NCBI RefSeq assembly: GCF_006345805.1
Contig: NC_042997.1
Coordinates: 108,004,001 to 108,068,000, forward strand
DNA from: Octopus sinensis
Taxonomy: Eukaryota
Length of the DNA: 64,000 bases
Reading direction: 5' to 3'
Part shown: positions 1-11,930 of the stretch, one piece after another
Layout of the letters: every line of letters begins with the position of its first letter
Numbering within the stretch: position 1 is the first letter of the stretch
Notes under the pieces: model-generated
Database searches by the model: none
Told to the model about the DNA's origin: nothing
The model's input: the letters and a program-made list of their open reading frames with translations, nothing else
Program-made: the position numbers and the translations under genes

Positions 1-135
1 TCTTGATTGAACCACTCTTCTCCAGTTAAGTCTCTTTTCTTGCCATTTGTTAGAATTACTTGTCATTTCATTTGTGAGATTTTAAATATTGAGATAAACT
101 TTCACCACTCCTCTGTGTGTGCATATATATATATA

Positions 136-905
136 TAAATATAAAATACATCAAGTACAGGACATCACCGATGAGTAAAGATTACGTGGACACATGAGTG
201 TAAGTACATGACAAATTACTAAAAAATATACAATAAGAACAGGACATCACCAATGAATGAAGAATACGTAAACAGATAAGTATGAGACAAATTGCCAAAA
301 GAAGTCTAACCCATCCTCGGTTGTCAACTGTTTATTACTCCTTATTTCGAGCTTTTAATGACAATATAGGAAAACTTCATAAACAGCAGTATCCAGAAAT
401 TGTAGAAATATAAAATTTGTGGAAGGTTAGAGATTCGAATGAACAAACAATGACAGAGTGGACGTACAGAGTAAACAACGACAGAGTGGACGTACAGAGT
501 AAACAACTGATGAAGACAAACAGTAAGGGCCATTAGGCCAAGACACATTGTAATGGGTAATGTATGGGAGAAATTTTGAAAGGATATAAAATAAATCCAA
601 TGCGTCTTGGCCTAACAGCCTTTAATATTTGTCTTTGTTGATTGTTTACTCTGTACATCCACTCTGTCGTTGTTCGTTCGAAGCTCTAACTCTCCAGAAA
701 TTTTATATTTTAAAAATTTCTGGAAGCTGCTGTTTATGAAGTTTTCCTCTATTGTCATTGAAAGCTCAAAATAGGTAGTAATTAAGTCGACAAATGAGGA
801 GGGGTTAGACTTGTTTTGGTAATTTGTCCCGTACTCATCCCTCATCTGTTTACATAATTTTCACTCATTGGTGACATCCTGTACTTGATGTATTTTATAT
901 TTATT
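136..905. repeat. Imperfect long foldback (inverted duplication), probably PLE-terminus derived, with HHR-like relics
   Basis: ~343-545 is the reverse complement of ~600-775, and ~140-190 of ~855-905. A CTGATGA core relic lies at ~507. Confidence 0.75.
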
Positions 906-955
906 TATAATTCAACTCCACACAGCCTTGTCCACAGTAAGTTTTTACTTATCTA

Positions 956-998
<43 letters not shown>

Positions 999-1149
999 CT
1001 CTCTCTCTTTCGGAGAGGCACTGAGCACCTACATGCACATATACACACATGGCAGTAACTTCTGCATATATATATATATATATGTGCTGTCAATATATCA
1101 TATATCCAAAAAGAAGCACACTCTAAAATATAGAGTAGAAAAGTATTAA

Positions 1150-2432
1150 AGTAATGAAGTTAATGTCTGGTTAAAGAGTGATCAAGGGTTTCACATTCAA
1201 GAAGGAAGGTGCAGCTTCACAGATGACTCAATCAGATTCTAGTCCAAAGAGAAATTTAACTCATCACCTTTGGGAGGTAGAAATCTGTTATGGTCATTGG
1301 TCATTTGGTCATCAGGGTATAACAAGTCCAGCGTTAATGAGCACAGCTTACCTCTCCTAGACCAGCTATTTGTGAACCTGGAGAGGGGAATAAGGGCTCT
1401 ATCCCTTGGGCTGCTATTGGATTTTAAAGACTCTTCTGGGGCTTAGTTAGCAAACTGGGAACCTCATGCTTGCAGCAGGTAGTGCTTGAAATAATGGATG
1501 CATAGTGTGAAGATTTCAGCGACCCAGGTTTCAGAGTATCCTAGCTCGCTTAGCTGTGCAGAGCTGGCAGCATACACTCCTGTTGGTATAGGATCCCAGC
1601 CATTCTAAGATCTTCCACTTGATATTGTATGGGGTCCTTTCATCTTAGAGGTACCACACATGGCTGACCAGGGATGTGATAAATTGTCTTTCTGGGACCC
1701 TGAAGGAAGACCTGTAGTTGTACAAGTGTCGCTTGAATGCTGTACTGGCTGATCCAATGTATTTCCAGGCTTGGGTGCTGGTTGTGTTCACATTACTGGT
1801 GCATCTCCAGTTCGCTCTTGACCTTGGATGTTGTTGGGGTTGCCATCAGTGCTGTTATCATTATGATGTGTGGGTCCAGCAAAGCTGCTCTTGCTGTGGT
1901 TGTCATCATTGTGGTGGGTGTAGGGTTGGCACTATTGTTGCCGGTGATGATGTAGGTGCTGTCAGTGGTAATGTAGGGTGTGGGGCTTCGTTGGTGCTGG
2001 CAAGGTCCTCTTCTCCAGCTGTAGTGCTGGTACTGGGGTTGTTGGGGTCAGTGCTGGTGTTTCTGTCACCGCCTCCAATGTTGTTGGGTGATTCATTGCT
2101 GCTATTACTGAGGTCACTAAGCCTGGTTATTACCACACCTTCGTAGATGACTCCCTCACATTCACACTGGCCCCTCCTCCCCGTGTTTTATGGGTGTTAG
2201 CTAATATTCTTTCCATGTTAGGTGCACAACTAAAGGAGACCCTCAGGTTGTGCCTGTTGAATAAATGTCTGTATCTGTGTGTCTGCATGAAGTGTTTGTC
2301 TATTAACCCAAAGGTGATGAGTTAAATTTCTCTTTGGACTAGAATCTGATTGAGTCATCTGTGAAGCTGCAACCTTCTTGAATGCGAAACCATTGGTCAC
2401 TCTTTGACCAGACATTAACTTTATTACTTATA
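1150..2432 (-). mobile_element. Penelope-like element remnant (GIY-YIG endonuclease C-terminus) bounded by ~125-bp inverted repeats
   Basis: Minus-strand 1500-1680 reads TSLVSHVWYL*DERTPYNIKWKILEWLGSYTNRSVCCQLCTAK, a PLE EN signature. The arms 1150-1275 and 2305-2432 are inverted and differ at only a few positions. Confidence 0.75.
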
Positions 2433-2715
2433 CATATTATAGGATTCATTAGAATCTAGGTGCATCAACACATAGGACGCCAGGACTGGCTAGGTCTCAT
2501 AACAATGAGGCAAAAACAGCTATTAGGTGTCATGGGTTGGTGAATAAGTCATCATCAAGTTTTGCTTTGTTTCTTTACACCTGTTTAAAATTTTACCTGA
2601 AGATGGTGGATTTATGCTATGATGTAATCTAGGAATGCACCAATAAAATGCTACCAAAACAGCTCGAGTAAATTTTAAACCTCATTTGTGTCCTCCTTTA
2701 TATATATATATTATT

Positions 2716-3145
2716 ATTGTTATTATTAAGAAAATGGAGAGGTTCAATGGATATAAATTAATTTATTAAAATTTTCAATAAGACCTACAATTGTTTCAAT
2801 TCATACTCAATACAAATTACAAACATATAGAATAAAATAAGTTAGCATTTTGAAGATTAGAGCAAAATATCAGGGCGAAGGGACATTAAGGAGACTCGAG
2901 ATGTTAATCGGTTGAGATTCCGCAACACACAGTCTGTTGGAGTATCTCAATTGATCAACTTGTAGCTTCCTTAATGTCCATTGGCCCTGATGATATTTTG
3001 TTCTAAATCTTCAAAATGCAAACTTATTTTATTCTATATGTTTGTAATTTGTATTGAGTATGAATTGAAACAATTGTAGGCCTTATTGAAAATGTTAATA
3101 AATTAATTTATATCCATTGAACCTCTCCATTTTCTTACTTAATAA
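2716..3145. repeat. ~430-bp near-complete palindrome (foldback)
   Basis: 2716-2915 is the reverse complement of ~2945-3145, with the centre near 2930. Confidence 0.85.
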
Positions 3146-3270
3146 TTATTGGTATATATAAAATACCTGTTTTTATATTAAAGAGATATTTCTCAACAAT
3201 ATGATATATTAAACCAGTGTAACTAGGATGAAAATATCCCTACAAGAGGTTCATATATCCTCATAGTGAC

Positions 3271-3310
<40 letters not shown>

Positions 3311-3452
3311 AGTAATTGAGATTCTAGTGAATTCTAAAGAATTCACATGAATATGGTCCTTAACTAGGATGCACCGGATATCTATATGGTGTTAGCCATA
3401 CGACAAGTGGGGTGATTATAAATAGGAAAAAAGCAACAAGAATGGATTAAAA

Positions 3453-3540
3453 TCTCGGTACGATCGTTTCGTACGAGGACATCTTTAATAAGCTACAAAA
3501 AATGCAGTGAATACAGATGGCTCATACTCGTCAGCCGAAA
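3453..3540 (-). ncRNA. Type I hammerhead ribozyme, apparently intact
   Basis: Minus strand reads TTTCGG-CTGACGA-GTATGAG...CTCGTAC-GAAAC-GATC-GTA|CCGAGA. Stem I is 6 bp (one G.U), stem II is 7 bp plus a CATCT/AGATG extension, loop III is palindromic, and the cleavage triplet is GUA. Confidence 0.8.
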
Positions 3541-4249
3541 AAATATCAGAGAATTCCCAAACATCAAAAGGGGTAGATATAAAAGAGGTTGTAGGATTAA
3601 CTGCATTGAAGAAAGTTCGATTCATGGAGATCTGATGAAAGGTTTTAAACCTATAGAATTTATGCATGTCTACATATAGCTCATATTGGATATTTGATCA
3701 AGTTGTATGAAGAAATTTTCGGATACAGTCATGCAAAATTTCTGAAAATCCGAGTAAGAGGCAAAGTGACTGCCACACCATGTAGAGGAAAGTCTGAGTA
3801 AAAACATAGGAGAGATAGAGAGAACTGGTGCCATGATAAAATGCCTCTAGTACTGTTTGCAATGGAGTTGGTGCTTGGAAGAGTATCCAGTCATAGACAC
3901 AAGCATAAAAAAATGGAAAGTATGAGCAAGAAAGAGGTTTGCAATATATAAAAAATGAGGAATTGTAATTAAGAACTGATTGGGATCATGACTATCCAAA
4001 CTGTTGCAAACAGACATAACTGGTGTTGATGATGATGATGGAGGGATTGTTGTGTTATGAGGTCAGATGACACTCATGTATTTTTGTTGTTTTGGGTCAA
4101 GATAGGTATTGTCCCAATTTAATTAGAGAATAACAGATGTTAGGCTTTTGTGGAAGGGGGGAAATTACTTTCACTAGACTATCCACCTATCCATTACCAC
4201 AACTTCTTCGCTCTAAATGGTCATAATGGAAATAATGTCCTTATGCACT

Positions 4250-4970
4250 CTTATGTTTTATAGAAAAATTTTATGTACCTGTCATGACTTGTTGGGTCAC
4301 AACCACTCCAAGTTGAAAATGTTGATGTGCAGCAGGAAAGGAAAAAAATACTATTTAAAACTTCGTGCAATAAAATTCTTAAATAATACAATTCTCCTGC
4401 TTTTGGTGTGACAATATAAGCACAACCAAGTGTTTCTTCTTTGAAAACATTCAAATAGCTTTCAACTTCTTTTCCTCACTTTCTTCTTTGCCATTCTTTG
4501 TTATTACTGTTCCAAGTGAAATACATGGGTACTACAGCGTAAAGTAATGTTTTTGCAGTCATCACTGATGCACAATGAAAAGAATTCTGTCAGTGTTCTT
4601 CTCATGCTGTTCACTGACAGTCATGTATGTCCTCATTATTTCTGAGCAACATTCTTTGTTCACCTGGTTGATGAACTTGCAGTCTCACTATTGCAGGTGC
4701 TCTCTCATGAACTGAAAGTCCTAAAATAGATGCAATTGCTTCAGATGGACCAATATACCTACTCATTAAATATTGACTAATTTCGTTATCAAAGCAGCTT
4801 GGTCATTTCCTTTCAGTGTGTACCTGATGACGTACTTAACTGACCTGACTGAGGCAATGATTTCAACATTGCAGTAGTATTTGAATACTCTTAAAAGAGT
4901 CTCACTATAAGGTACAATCCATTTGTTGTTGTTTGTTTCTCCTTTCTTATGAGATTCATCTCCTCCCATT
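4250..4970 (-). mobile_element. Decayed autonomous Helitron (Rep domain fragments)
   Basis: WIVPYSETLLRVFKYYCNVEIIASVRSVKYVIRYTLKGNDQA and AYIVTPKAGELYYLRILLHEV match recalled Helitron Rep motifs (WIVPYN...HINVE...KY.YKG.D; GERFYLRLLL). Confidence 0.85.
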
Positions 4971-5267
4971 GCAACTGATCTTTGTCTCTAAAGAGGTAAT
5001 CTCTTTGTTTTTTCTGCCTTTTGATTAAGATTATAAGGATTAATATTTTATTTTAGATAAAATAGTAATTTTCTCTTTTAAGAACAAAAAAAAGAAAAAG
5101 AAAATCAAGAACCCATGATTCAAAAATTTCAAAAATATAGGGAGAATTTCTATCTTTCAAGTCTACGGCACTCACATAGAAAAAAGAAAGTAACAAGAAA
5201 AAGGAACGGCCTGCTGTAGCTGGGCTGGCTCTTTGAAGTGTCAACATTTTTAACTTGATTTTTTTCC

Positions 5268-6452
5268 TTAACCCTTTCATTACTAACCCGGCTGAAACTG
5301 CCTCTGGCTCTGTAGTACAAATGCCTTGTTTTCAAAAGTTCTGAATTAAAATCTTCCACTAAACCTTAGTCACAATTCATGTTCCTAACACTAGCTGAAT
5401 GATAACTAAGTTATTTTATTAAATTCATCATCATCATCATTTAGCGTCCGTTTTCCATGCTAGCATGGGTTGGACGGTTTAACTGGGGTCTGTGAAGCCG
5501 GAAGGCTTCATCAGGCCCAGTCAGATTTGGCAGTGTTTCTACGGCTGGATGCCCTTCCTAACGCCAACCACTCCGCGAGTGCTAACGCCAACCACTCCGC
5601 GAGTGTAGTGGGTATTTTTTACGTGCCACCTGCACAGGTGCCAGACAGAGCTGGCGAACGGCCATGAACGGATGGTGTTTTTACGTGTCACCGGCACGGG
5701 GCCAGGCAATGCTGGCAACGGCCATGAACGGATGGTGTTTTTACGTGTCACCGGCACGGGGCCAGGCAATGCTGGCAACGGACACGAATGGATGGTGCTT
5801 TTACGTGCCACCGACACGGGGCCAAACAGAGCTGGCAAACGGCCACGAACGGACGGTGCTTTTACGTGTCACCTGCACGGGGGCCAGCCGAGGCTGGCTA
5901 CGAACACGAACGGATGGTGCTTTTACGTGCCACCGACACGGGGCCAGACAGAGCTGGAAAACGGCCACGAACGGACGGTGCTTTTACGTGTCACCTGCAC
6001 GGGGGCCAGCCGAGGCTGGCAACGAACACGAACGGATGGTGCTTTTACGTGCCACGGACACGGGGCCAGACAGAGCTGGCAAACGGCCACGAACGGACGG
6101 TGCTTTTACGTGTCACCGGCACGGGGGCCAGCCGAGGCTGGCAACGGACACGAACGGACGGTGCTTTTATGTGCCACCGACACGGGGCCAGACGGAGCTG
6201 GCAAACGGCCACGAACGGACGGTGCTTTTACGTGTCACCGGCACGGGGCCAGGCGAGGCTGGCAACGAACACGAACGGATGGTGCTTTTACGTGCCACCG
6301 ACACGGGGGCCAGACAGAGCTGGCAAACGGCCACGAGCGAATGGTGCTTTTACGTATCACCGACACGGGTGCCAGACAATTCTTTGTTATATTTAAAGTA
6401 ATTGGAAGAAATTTCGAGCATCTCAAAATAAATACAGTAACGAAAGGGTTAA
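5268..6452. mobile_element. piggyBac-type MITE (TTAA TSD), interrupted by an RTE 3' fragment
   Basis: TTAA|CCCTTTCATTACT ... AGTAACGAAAGGG|TTAA, TIR 12/13 matching. Split at AATTC, which is duplicated at 5422-26 and 6378-82. Confidence 0.8.
5427..6377 (-). mobile_element. 5'-truncated RTE LINE 3'UTR copy with an expanded 60-61-bp tandem array
   Basis: Reverse complement of the 3'UTR at 11640-11930, with a (TGA)n tail, a 5-bp TSD and ~12 array units at 5640-6377. Confidence 0.85.
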
Positions 6453-6614
6453 AGGGAGAAATGATTATTTTATTTGTAATCTTTATCATTTTAATGAAAT
6501 GACAGGAAAACAGATGAACTTTGAGTTTTTAGTTGAGATTGGTCAGTTTTGCCTTTTACTTGAACCTGAAGCTTTGATTGTTTGAGATGAAATCTGTGTT
6601 TTCTCACCCAACAG

Positions 6615-6742
6615 ACAAAAATCGTGACAGCAATGAGTTTGAACTCAGTGAAACTGAGGTTGAAATTTGGTTACTCAAAGCAAGTTTATTCCGGAAAATC
6701 TTTGATACTGTTTTCTTCAAATGTTTCAACTTGATAACAGAT
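6615..6742 (+). CDS. MEAK7: MEAK7 internal exon (pre-TLDc helical region)
   Basis: Acceptor ttctcacccaacAG at 6613-14 and donor GTAAGT at 6743. 128 nt, phase 1 to 0. EVEIWLLKASLFRKIF aligns with the recalled human IEDWVFRVPHVAIFL segment. Confidence 0.8.
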
Positions 6743-8093
6743 GTAAGTATCCAATTTTCCCCTCACCATTTCTTTTGGAATTCTTAAAATGTTTTATGGG
6801 AAAAAATACTTTTAAAAAATATTTTATCAATTAGTGCCAAGGTTGTATTGTTGTTAAGAAGTGTCCCTCTCTGTCATGTGGTTCCAGGTTCTATTCTACT
6901 AAGCGCCATCTTGGGCACCTATTTTCTTCTGTGACCATAAGTTGACCAATGCATTGTCAGAGGTATTTGGTGGAGACTGTGCAGAAGCTTGTCATGTAGA
7001 TGTGTAAAAAGAAAAAAAAAACCTGGGTTATTTCTTGGAGCATTTGACAGAGATTGGCAAAATAAGTAAATTGGAATAAGTGCTGTGATTGGTAGGATTT
7101 ACCGGAACCTTTCAAGTTGTTGCTCCAGCATGGCCACACTCTTGGTTTAAACAAGTAAAAGAATTAAAAATAGTTCTACTCTGTTTATGTAGTTTAATGC
7201 TGTGTGTATTTATTGTCTTTTATTTTGAATGAAGAATTTTATTGATGTGCATCACAGGAAGTTTGAGTTTCTTTGGAAAATGTCATCTGGAACCAAAGTT
7301 TTAAGATAAAACTGTAAATTTAAGAGAAATGTTATTTACAGTTCCAAGACAGTGATGTTTGCTTTTTTTTTTCTTTGTAGAAAGCTTTTTCTCATTTTTG
7401 GTTTTACAATCAATATTTTTAGTTCTATTTTGTTGAAGATTTCATCATCATCATTTGTCCATTTTCCATGCTGGCATGGGTTGGACAGTTTGACATGAGC
7501 TGGAAAGCCAAAAAGCTGCTCCATATTCTATAGTCTGTTTTGGCTTGGTCTCTACGACTGGATGCCCTTCCTAATGCCAACCACTTTACAGTGTGTGCTG
7601 GGTGCTTTTTACCTGACACCATCAACAGTGCTTTTTACATAGCACCTGTACCTTTTACATGGCACTAGTACCAATGCTTTTAACATGGCACCATCACTGA
7701 CAGGGTCACCAAATACCTTTGCAAAACAAACAAAGCAAAACCTCCTCAACTGAGAGTTTTGAACTTTATAAAAAAGTTGATGGATAGCTGTAGAGTCTTT
7801 CTGTCTAAGTGACAAATTATTGAAGATAAACAGACAAATGGCATGAATTGAGTTATGGGAAGTCTTACACTTGGTGTGTATTTCTACTCTTTTGTAAATG
7901 TGATTGAGAATAAATACACAAGGGTCTAAACACATTTCGTGTGATTGCTATTGGTATAAATACTTTAATTGTTCCGATGTTTAACCCTAGCTTCATGAAG
8001 AGACCAGACATGAAAACTAGGAAACAACTCATGGCATCTTTCACCCATCATCTTAAAAACTGTTGTATTTTTCCAAACCACCAAGACACAATA

Positions 8094-8386
8094 CAATGGA
8101 ATCTTGGTTTACAAATGTCTCTCATCATGAATGAATTGGTTTATGAACATCTTGGGTGATGAATGGTGTCTTGAGTAACAAACATGCAAGCTGGCAACAA
8201 GCTGGAAATATCAGTGGGAGGAGAGCATCAGTTGGTGCCCAGCTTTTGCTCATTGCACATCCCTCTTTGAATTTGCATTGCCTTCTCTTGAATTTCCTGT
8301 GGGAAGAATAGTTTGGAATTAGAAACATTTTTGGATGACAGATGACCTTCAGGAGCAAATTGAATTCTTAAACCGAGGTTCCACTG
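8094..8386. mobile_element. pogo/Tigger-type MITE with TA TSD
   Basis: TA|CAATGGAATCTTGGTTTA ... TAAACCGAGGTTCCACTG|TA, degenerate TIRs of the CAGTGGAACCTCGGTT type. Confidence 0.65.
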
Positions 8387-9625
8387 TACTGTATGTAACC
8401 AAGGGTCACTACAGTGCCACCTGCTGGTGAAATGAAAATACCAGCAACAGTAATAATTTTCTATCATAGAAAGAAGGTTTGAAATTTGAGGGGAGGTGTC
8501 TATTGGTCTCTCCAACTTCAGGGCTGGACTAGCATCTTACTTTATTAAACCTGAAAAGATGCAAGGTGAAGTTGACTTTGATAAGGTTTGAACTCAGAAT
8601 ATAAAGAGCTGGGATAAATATCAAAAGCATTTTTCCTGACACTAAACAATTCAACCAGTTCAATAATAATAATCATTGTACATCTGCTTTCCATGGTAGC
8701 ATGAGTTGGACATTTGAACAGGGCCCAACAGGCTGGAGGAGCCCATGTTTTGCTCCAGTGTCTCAGTTTAAAGTAGAGTCTTTATAGTTGGATGCCTTTC
8801 TTAATGCCAAAACATTTCACAAAGTGGTTGCCAACTGATTTCTCTTAAGCCCAGTTTTTCTCTCAACACATTTGTTGTTCATACACACTTATGTTGCACA
8901 TTCAATGGAGTGTGTTTGCTTCCTTCTTTTCTAGTTTTTGCAGCTGCTCTGCATTCATGGCGACCATTTAGCACAACTGTTAGTACAACTGTTAGTACAC
9001 ATTTCATGGTTTACTTTCAGCTCTGAGAGAGAAATAATTTGTTACCAATGGAATTAACAGATTTCTGAACTTTTGCCTGTTTGTTCATATCTGAACAACT
9101 ATTTTTCAGTACATCCTCTTCCGCTGTTAAGTCACCAAGGTAACAGAAACTATCAGCTGACACTGGGAATCCCTTTGAATATTTGAATAAATCTCTTTCC
9201 CATGTATCTTCACTTGTTATTGCTAAATATTTGCTATATACAAAGCCTGCTTTATTGGTTAACTTGAAAGTGATACCACTGCACTTCTTGTCTGTTCATA
9301 GTTTGCATTTGGTACAGTGCAGTCCTTCATGTTTGGGTCCATTTTGCAAAGGTGGGCACCATTAATTGAAAAGTTGACTTTGTTAACCGTTAATCTGTTA
9401 ACCAATAAGTTAACTACAATAACCGGGAATCAGTTATTTCTATAAATATGTAATGGAAGTTATCGATAAACCGTTAATGTTAATTTTTTATTATAGAAAA
9501 AAAAACTAAAAATCAGTTTTTGCTCTAAAAACACCTAAAAACACCTTTAAAAAGTGCCGAAACTATAAAATCTGTTAACTTCAGTTGAATTGAAGTTAAC
9601 GGAAGTTAACTCAAGCTGACTTGAC

Positions 9626-9810
9626 TTAACCCTTTAGCATTTAAACCAGCCATTTCCGGCCAAAAGTATTCTACCTGTTTTATGTTCAAAATGGCCACAT
9701 CTGGCCTCTCATACCTATCCTTCAATGTCGTTCTAAAAATAAACAATCACATTATTGAAATGTTGAAGGCATGAGATAATGTAGGATTAATCTGAATGCT
9801 AAAAGGTTAG
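9626..9810. mobile_element. piggyBac-type MITE, copy 1
   Basis: TTAACCCTTTAGCATT ... AATGCTAAAAGGTTAG. Confidence 0.7.
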
Positions 9811-10069
9811 AATAGACAACATTATTGATGTGTGAGAATATAATTATCATTAAGTTAGCCACGACACAGTATTATTACTAAACAAGCCACCATCTGACCA
9901 TAAACATGAGAAATGAATTCTGAATAAGTAGCATTGTGTGGGGAGAGAAACAAATCAGGTTTTCTTGAGCTGAGGAGTTGCACCCTAAGCATATAGTTTT
10001 CAGTTACCAACATTCAAGGGGTTATACTTTAAACTAAAGCCTCAACCAAAAATATTATCGGGGCAGGGT

Positions 10070-10298
10070 TTAACCCTTTAGCATTTAAACTGGACATATC
10101 CGGCTAAAAGTATTCTGCCTGTTTTATGTTCAAACTGGCCAGATCTGGTCTCTCACACCAACCCTACAATATCATTTTGAAAATTAACAGCTACCTCATC
10201 AAAATCTCATAGCTACAAGATAATGCATGATTAATTCAAAGCAATGTGGATAAAAAAGCATTAATTTTGGCAGAATAATGCGAACACTAAAAGGTTAA
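10070..10298. mobile_element. piggyBac-type MITE, copy 2 (same family as 9626)
   Basis: TTAACCCTTTAGCATT ... CACTAAAAGGTTAA. The body is homologous to copy 1. Confidence 0.7.
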
Positions 10299-10512
10299 TG
10301 GAAGTTAATAAGTCTGATAATGATTTCCAAAGTTAACTTAAAAGTTAAATTGTTTGCTGCCAAGGTTTGCCATTTTGGTTAAAGACCTTTAGTGTCTATT
10401 TGTATGATAAAGTCCTTTAATGTGTCTTTATATCAATAAAGTCCTTTAATCTGTGATTGTGTTGCTAAAGGTATTAAATATATATTTTTTTTTTAATAAA
10501 AATATTTTTCAG

Positions 10513-10834
10513 TTTAATATTACTGATGCAAGTGCCTCTTCTGTATTGGAGCATCAATTAATTCAGCTGCCTCGTGTTACTGGAGTCAATTGGAACAAAT
10601 TTAATACACTTCTTGATTTCTCATCTCTAGTTTACCTTTCTCATCATCTCCCCAAGGAACTCTGTGTAAAATGGACCCTCTTATTCAGTAGTCGACTCCA
10701 TGGTAACAGTTTTTCACAATTAATCTCATATATTCTAAATAAAGGGCCCACTGTCTTAATTATTCAAGACAAAGACAAGCATTGTTTCGGTGGAATAACC
10801 AACTGTAGCTGGCAACTGAGACCCAAATTTTATG
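10513..10834 (+). CDS. MEAK7: MEAK7 exon, TLDc N-terminal half
   Basis: Acceptor atttttcAG at 10511-12 and donor GTGAGT at 10835. Encodes FNITDAS...WTLLFSSRLHGNSFSQL...WQLRPKFY. Confidence 0.95.
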
Positions 10835-11034
10835 GTGAGTACAACTATTTTTAACCAATTATTTTCTTCACTTATAATAATAATTTTATTATTATTATTA
10901 ATGATAATATTAATAATTTTGGAAGAAAGCTAGCAATTTTGAGGGGAGGGGCAAGTCAGTTACGTTGGCCTCAAGTACTTGATTGTTAGTTTGTTATTGA
11001 TCCTTAAAGGATAAAAGACAACTTCCGCCATATT

Positions 11035-11930
11035 CCAGGGAGAAAAACTAGAAGTAGTTGATAGCTTCCGGTACCTAGGTGATCAAGTCAGTAGCAGGAG
11101 TGGATGCTCTGAAAGTGTAGCTGCGAGAATCAGAATAGCCTGGGCAAAGTTCAGAGAGCTCCTACCTCTGCTGGTGACAAAGAGCCTCTCGCTCAGAGTG
11201 AAAGGTAGATTGTATGATGCATGTGTACGAACAGCCATGCTACATGGCAGTGAAACATGGGCCGTGACTGCTGAGGACATGCGTAAGCTTGCAAGGAATG
11301 AAGCCAGTATGCTCTGATGGATGTGTAATGTCAGTGTGCATACTCAACAGAGTGTTAGTACCTTGAGAGAAAAGTTGAACCTAAGAAGCATCAGATGTGG
11401 TGTGCAAGAGAGACGACTGCGCTGGTATGTTCATGTGGCGAGAATGGATGAAGATAGTTGTGTGAAAAAGTGCTACACCTTAGCGATTGAGGGAACCTGT
11501 GGAAGAGGTAGACCCAGGAAGACCTGGGATCAGGTGGTGAAGTACGACCTTCGAACATTAGGCCTCACCAATGCAATGACTAGTGACCGAGACCTTTGGA
11601 AATATGCAGTGCATGAGAAGACCCAGCAATCCGAGTGAGACCATTCAAGCGAGGTCGTTGCCAGTGCTACTGGACTGGCTCCCATGCCAGTGTCACATAA
11701 AAAGCACCATTTGAGCACTGCCGTTGCCAGTACCACCTGACTGGCCCTCGTGCCAAAGGCACGTAAAAGCACCCACTAAACTCTTGGAGTGGTTGGCGTT
11801 AGGAAGGGCATCCAGCTGTAGAAACTCTGCCAGATCAGATTGGAGTCTGGGGCAGCCATCTGGCTCACCAGTCCTCAGTCAAATCATCTAACCCATGCCA
11901 GCATGGAAAGTGGATGTTAGATCATGATAA
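11035..11930 (+). mobile_element. RTE-clade LINE 3' fragment (post-RT C-terminus and 3'UTR)
   Basis: EKLEVVDSFRYLGD...RIRIAWAKFREL...LYDACVRTAMLHGSETW...RRLRWYVHVARM...GRGRPRKTW, with one in-frame stop. Confidence 0.9.

Noticed and set aside
1718-2146. 142-aa hydrophobic/Cys-rich ORF
   Set aside because: It is the antisense reading of a low-complexity part of the Penelope-like remnant.
3625-3670. Plus-strand CTGATGA followed by an AGGTT/AACCT hairpin
   Set aside because: No GAAAC or stem III follows, so it is not a complete hammerhead.
5640-6377. CRISPR-like look and long ORFs (245, 276 and 202 aa) of the 60-bp array
   Set aside because: There are no unique spacers or cas genes and the context is eukaryotic. 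The ORFs are periodic translations of a LINE 3'UTR repeat.
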